DNA of 64,000 bases, counting the filler. It is 12 parts of 12 records of this genome, joined end to end, with 100 filler letters (N's around TTAATTAATTAA, not from the genome) between each part and the next. Parts side by side here need not be neighbours in the genome. Positions count along the whole stretch, not along the records: positions 53,741 to 60,895 come from SRR7504441_6644; positions 60,996 to 64,000 come from SRR7504441_7305; 10 more parts are not named here. One strand, given 5' to 3'. Position 1 is the stretch's first letter, and each line of letters opens with the position of its first letter. Below are positions 59,339-64,000 of the stretch, in pieces. Position numbers and translations under genes: made by a program. The notes under the pieces are model-generated. The model was not told the DNA's origin, ran no database searches, and worked only from the letters and a program-made list of their open reading frames with translations.

Positions 59339-60895
59339 CTACAACGGCCGCATTCTAAGTGGCGGGCCACGAGCAACAGCCTCCTTCTTCTGAAGCTCGG
59401 ACTCCTTCTTGAATTCGAGCTTCGTTCCCTTCTTCTGCTCGCGTCTTAGCCGCTTCTCTTCCTTTATCATGTTCTTCCGTGCCCTTTTCTCCTCCTTGCT
59501 CTCCCCCCTTCGCGAGACCCCCTTGTTTGCCTGCCACAGCAAATCGTGAGCCTACCAGTGCTCAAGGGCAGGAACGCTCACAGCCTCCTCCGCACACTCC
59601 TCCTCCTCTTCCTCCTCGTCTGCTTCATCGGTGCTCCGGAGCAGTATCGGGTTCTTTGCCTGGTATTTCTCTGGCAGATATCCCAGAGCCAGACCTGCAA
59701 CCCAACTCCTCAGCCACGCCCAGTCGAGAGCCCCCACCTGTCTTCTTCGAGATCCGGATGTGCTGTCTGGGTTCATCTAAAAGCTTGGGGTGATTATACA
59801 AGTTGGAATAGGTCGAAACAATCGTCTCGACGTCCCAATCCTCCTCCTTATCCTCCTCTACTTCAATTGCAGCTGCCACCGGCTCCATGTTGTTCGCCTC
59901 CTCCAACTTTTCGAGCTCTGTCGCCACTCCATTCGGCCGGTGGCCCTCCCCGCGCCGCACCTTTCTGCTCGAGAGCTTTGTTCTTCTTGTCCATACCCAC
60001 TGCTGACAGCTCGAGGTCCCCAGACTGCTCGATATACTCATCCAACGCCGCCCCAAGCACATCCAAAGTCGGCTCGGCTCCTATCATCGTATCCTGCCCG
60101 TCTGGTCAGCCCCAACCTATGCCGCCCGCCCACCTCCTCCTCCAGCTCGCCCACGTCCTCGTCGTCGTACTCATCCTCGAGGAACTTCTCAAACCGCTCG
60201 TCTAGAATCCTCCCCTGCTCGCCCCGCTCCCTGCGCGACGTAGTCATCGTGAACTCGGTCCGACCATCCGCATCGTCGCTCCCCCAGTCCTCCCCGCTGA
60301 TGTCACTGCAGTCCGATCCATAGTCGACCAGTGTCGACGGCTGCACCCAATGGCTCACCCGCTGTAGCACCATCTGCGTACCTCTATCACATTGCCGAAG
60401 CAGTCGAGTGCGTCGAACAGCCCAGCATCGTCCAGCTCCCCATCTACCTCCTGCGACAGGCTCGCGCCCCCCCCGTGTGGGCAGCTCACAGCGTTGGCCG
60501 TGAGTATAAAATCATCCAGCAACTCCTCAAAGCCCTCAGCGCCTGCCCCCGCTGAGCCACACTCGCCCCAGCCGCACCGTCCAGCGCTGCAGCGATCTCA
60601 GGGTCTATTGTCAGGTCAAGGCCGTGCTTCTCTGGTTTATTCCGCGCTGCGCCCACCTGCGCCACGACTCACACCGCACTGCCCGCAGCACACACCGGCC
60701 CGGCCATTTCGAGCTCCGACGCAAACGCCTCCGAGGGCAGCATCACAGTCGGCGCCAGCGGCCCGTCCTCCCCCTCCGCCCCGATCGTCTCTTCCCAGTC
60801 CCTCTGCTGCTTGCTCCCCTGCGCCAGCCCAGTCGGCGCGCATGCGCCCGATCGCGCGCCTTGGGCAGCGGTGCCGGGACGAACTTGCCGCCGCC
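59339..60895 (-). CDS. LTV1: Ribosome biogenesis factor LTV1 (5' truncated, several introns including GC-AG 60819-60859)
   Basis: DPEIAAALD, LDDFILTAN, LDERFEKF, WDVETIVSTYSNLYNHP, ESKEEKRARK. Confidence 0.88.
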
Positions 60896-61004
60896 NNNNN
60901 NNNNNNNNNNNNNNNNNNNNNNNNNNNNNNNNNNNNNNNTTAATTAATTAANNNNNNNNNNNNNNNNNNNNNNNNNNNNNNNNNNNNNNNNNNNNCAGTT
61001 GCCA

Positions 61005-62437
61005 ATGAAGGCGGCGGGCAACGTGGCGGCGGCAGCGGCAAAGCTGTCGTCCAAGAAGAACAGCGAGTGCGTCAAGGTGGTGATCCGATGTCGTCCGATG
61101 AACTCCAGAGAGAAGGCGGACGGCCGGCAGTGGACTGTGGACGTGGACCACAACAATGCGTCGGTGGCGGTCCGGAATCCAAAGTGCGACGAGAGTGAGC
61201 CGCCCAAGACCTTCACGTTTGACGGCTGCTACGGCGAGAACTCGCAGCAGAGCGAGGTGTACGCCGAGACCGGATTTCCGATCGTGGAGGTCAGCCCGGG
61301 TGCGGCCAGCGGGCGAGCCGGCGGGGTCAGAGCGTGCTGGAGGGTTACAACGGGACGATCTTCGCCTAGTGCGCCCCGCCGGGTACGCAGCGGCTGACGG
61401 GCGGTGTGCAGCGGGCAGACGGGGACCGGCAAGTCTCACACGATGCAGGGGCCGCAGCCGATTGAGCAGCAGCCGAGGGACCAGCACGGTATCATCCCGA
61501 ACTCGTTCTACCAGATCTTCGACACGGTCAAGACCACCGTGGGCAAGGAATTCCTGGTGCGGGCCAGCTACCTCGAGATCTACAACGAGGAGATCCGAGA
61601 CCTGCTCGGGAAGGTGGCTGCCGTCCGCTGCTGCAGCCCGAGCCGCGGCTCAGGACCCGAAGGCCAAACTTGACTTGAAGCAGAACGCGGACAAGGTGGT
61701 TTACGTGAAGGATCTGACCAACATCGTGGTGAAGAGCGTCGAGGAGATTGACCACGTGATGATGGTCCTGGCCTGATGGGGCTGCAGGCCCGATCGCGGG
61801 GCAGGTCGGGCACAAGAACAGGTCGGTGGGGGCCACCATGATGAACCAGGACTCGTCCCGTTCGCACTCAATCTTCACCATCACGATAGAGACCAGCGAG
61901 ATGGGCAAGGACGGCAAGCCGCACATCCGCGCCGGCAAGCTCAACCTTGTGGACTTGGCGGGTTCCGAGCGCCAGGGCAAGACTGGCGCTTCGGGCGACC
62001 GGCTCAAGGAGGCAACTAAGATCAACCTGTCGCTCTCGGCGCTAGGCAACTGCATCTCGGCGCTAGTGGACGGCAAATCGAGCCACATTCCGTACACATG
62101 TCGGACTATGCACGCATGAGCGCGGTGCTCGCCTGGCCGGTGGGAATGGCTGAGCAGGGTGTAGGCGATGGGCGATCGCAACCCTCGGTACAAGACTGAA
62201 AACATCATCAACCTCGAGCTGGACCTGCCCGAGCGGACCACCTACGACTTTGACCGGCCGAACCTGTCCGGGGAGGTGCAAATGGCGCTGCACCGACTGT
62301 GGAGCGAGGAGCGGTACAATGAGGTGCTCGAGATCCCGCAGACCGACCACTTCATGATGCCACACAACATGATGCCGCGCCAAACTGGCAGGCCCAAGAG
62401 CGGGGCCAGCCGGCGCAAGACGCGCGATGCGGCGTAA
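61005..62437 (+). CDS. Kinesin-II motor subunit (KIF3/FLA8-like), internally deleted near 62095
   Basis: [43 protein letters not shown], then directly the tail [36 protein letters not shown]. Confidence 0.88.
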
Positions 62438-62785
62438 CAGGCTGGAATTCAGCCGTGAGCGTGGAATTGCCGCAACAAATTTTGCATAATTCTACGAGTA
62501 AGTACCGTGACGATTCAGTACAAGTACTTGCCTTGCCGTCAGTATCAATGTCGTCCATCAGTGTCAGTGCAAGATTGAGCAACAATTCTTATTTCTTGAG
62601 CACTTTGTAAAACAAATAAACCGCCTTGCCAGCTATGGGACATGTATATGCATGTACTACTCGTAGGTATACGACTACATGATAGGACGCAATACAGAAC
62701 TAATACAGAACTTGATTGATTGACATGATTGTGGCGCGATGATTGAAATCACGTTGTGGCGCATGAGTACGGTAAGTTACCAGCC

Positions 62786-63545
62786 CTATGACGGGGGAGG
62801 CGGGCAATTCGCATGGTCCACTTTCTTGAGCCCGAGACCCTGGTTCCAGAAGAAGTCGATCCCGCGGGCCTTGCCGGCCTCGAGCATCTCGTTGTAGTTC
62901 TGTGTGCTGTTCACTTTAGAGTAGAAGTTGATCCCTGTGAAGACCACCCGCCCGAGCGCCTCCACGCACTGGAACTCGAGCGCCCACCCGTCCGGCCCGG
63001 GCTTGAAGTCGACCACCGTGTCTGGGAAGACGGTGTTGGCCACCACGCTCGGCGGCAGGAACGGGATCTTGGTCACCTGGCCCGGCCATCCCGCCCGCCG
63101 CCCGATAGACCCACCGGGACGTAGCCCCTGAGGTAGCCGGGCTGGTCGGTCACGTTGAACAGCAGCACCTGCGGGTAGTAGCCCCCGAAGCAGAACAGGT
63201 TCCAGCTGTCGTTCACGTACCGTACCCCGTCGGGGTGGGTCAGGACCGTCTTGTTGGAGGATATGCACCGGGGCTGGGCCGGGCACAGCGGGAACTGAGT
63301 GAGGTCGTGCAGCGCCAGCTCGTAGTAGAACCCGTCCAGCTCTTCCACCTTGAACTGGCTGGCCACCCGGGCCGAGCGCAGCTCCCAGTAGCCTGGGTTG
63401 GGGCTCGCGGCCGGCCAGGGGGGGGGGGGTCACCGGGGCACTTGGAGTTGTTGAACTGGGGCCGAGCAGCGGGGGCCAGGGGATGGACCGGCGCCGGCTG
63501 GGCGAGCGCCACAAAGCCGGCGAGGAGGCACAAGAGCAGCTGCAT
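62786..63545 (-). CDS. Secreted lipocalin-like protein, 2 introns
   Basis: Signal peptide; FKVEELDGFYYEL; WALEFQC..FTGINFYSK; VDHANC. Confidence 0.6.
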
Positions 63546-63664
63546 TCACCACTGCGCTTTGGTCAGCGCGGTCAACCGACCTGACGGCCGAGTTGCCGTT
63601 ATTATTCGGTGGACACCCCGGAACGACCACCTTGCACGCCAAGGCACCCGGAGTGCCTGGGCAA

Positions 63665-64000
63665 ATGGCCGCGCCCCCCGATCGGCGGACCACCGGGTAC
63701 AGGAAGGCGTTCGAGGAGAGGTGACCGGCTGCTGGGCTGCTGCGCTGACCGGGGTTTTCAGCATCTATGGCCGGCCGCCGCCGCCTGGGATGTCCGACGA
63801 GCGGCGGGCGCGGGAGCGGCGGCACCGAGCTGCCAGGCAAAGCCGGAGCCGGCAGCACATGCACGCCCAGTTCGCCGCCAGCCACTGCCGACAGCCCAGC
63901 CCAACAAAGCGCCGACCGCCCAGCCCGACAAAGCACCGGGCGAGCCGGGCTGAATTGCTGATCGACGCCGCGTTTGCGGACGACCACCTGCACGCCAAGG
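63665..64000 (+). CDS. Hypothetical protein N-terminus; intron 63721-63761
   Basis: ATG after CCGTTA; removing a 41-nt GTGAC..CTGAC..CAG intron keeps the frame open to the window end. Confidence 0.55.

Overview
Eukaryotic (protist-like), gene-dense, GC-rich nuclear DNA. It is made of 12 contig pieces joined by 11 artificial 100-nt spacers (N44-TTAATTAATTAA-N44). About 35 genes are readable with the standard code, including a GH3 glycosidase, GST, ABCA, multi-KH protein, LYS4-type homoaconitase, HET-LRR protein plus MAPK, LPMO, Rho GTPase, J-domain/rhodanese protein, CFAP54, MMPL, TPR protein, fucokinase, CENP-K, YaaA, class-3 lipase, LTV1 and kinesin-II; CFAP54 and kinesin-II imply a flagellate. 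Main points: (1) tiny GC-rich introns (mostly 35-45 nt) with degenerate donors, many GC-AG, and about 22 in one 2.8-kb gene; (2) a YAACGG/CCGTTA motif in nearly every short head-to-head promoter; (3) a ~500-bp inversion inside CFAP54 whose reversal restores the frame at both ends; (4) several unmarked internal deletions in conserved genes, probably assembly artefacts but testable; (5) several bacterial-type genes (TRAP solute-binding protein, MMPL, YaaA). All family calls come from recalled motifs; no database was searched.
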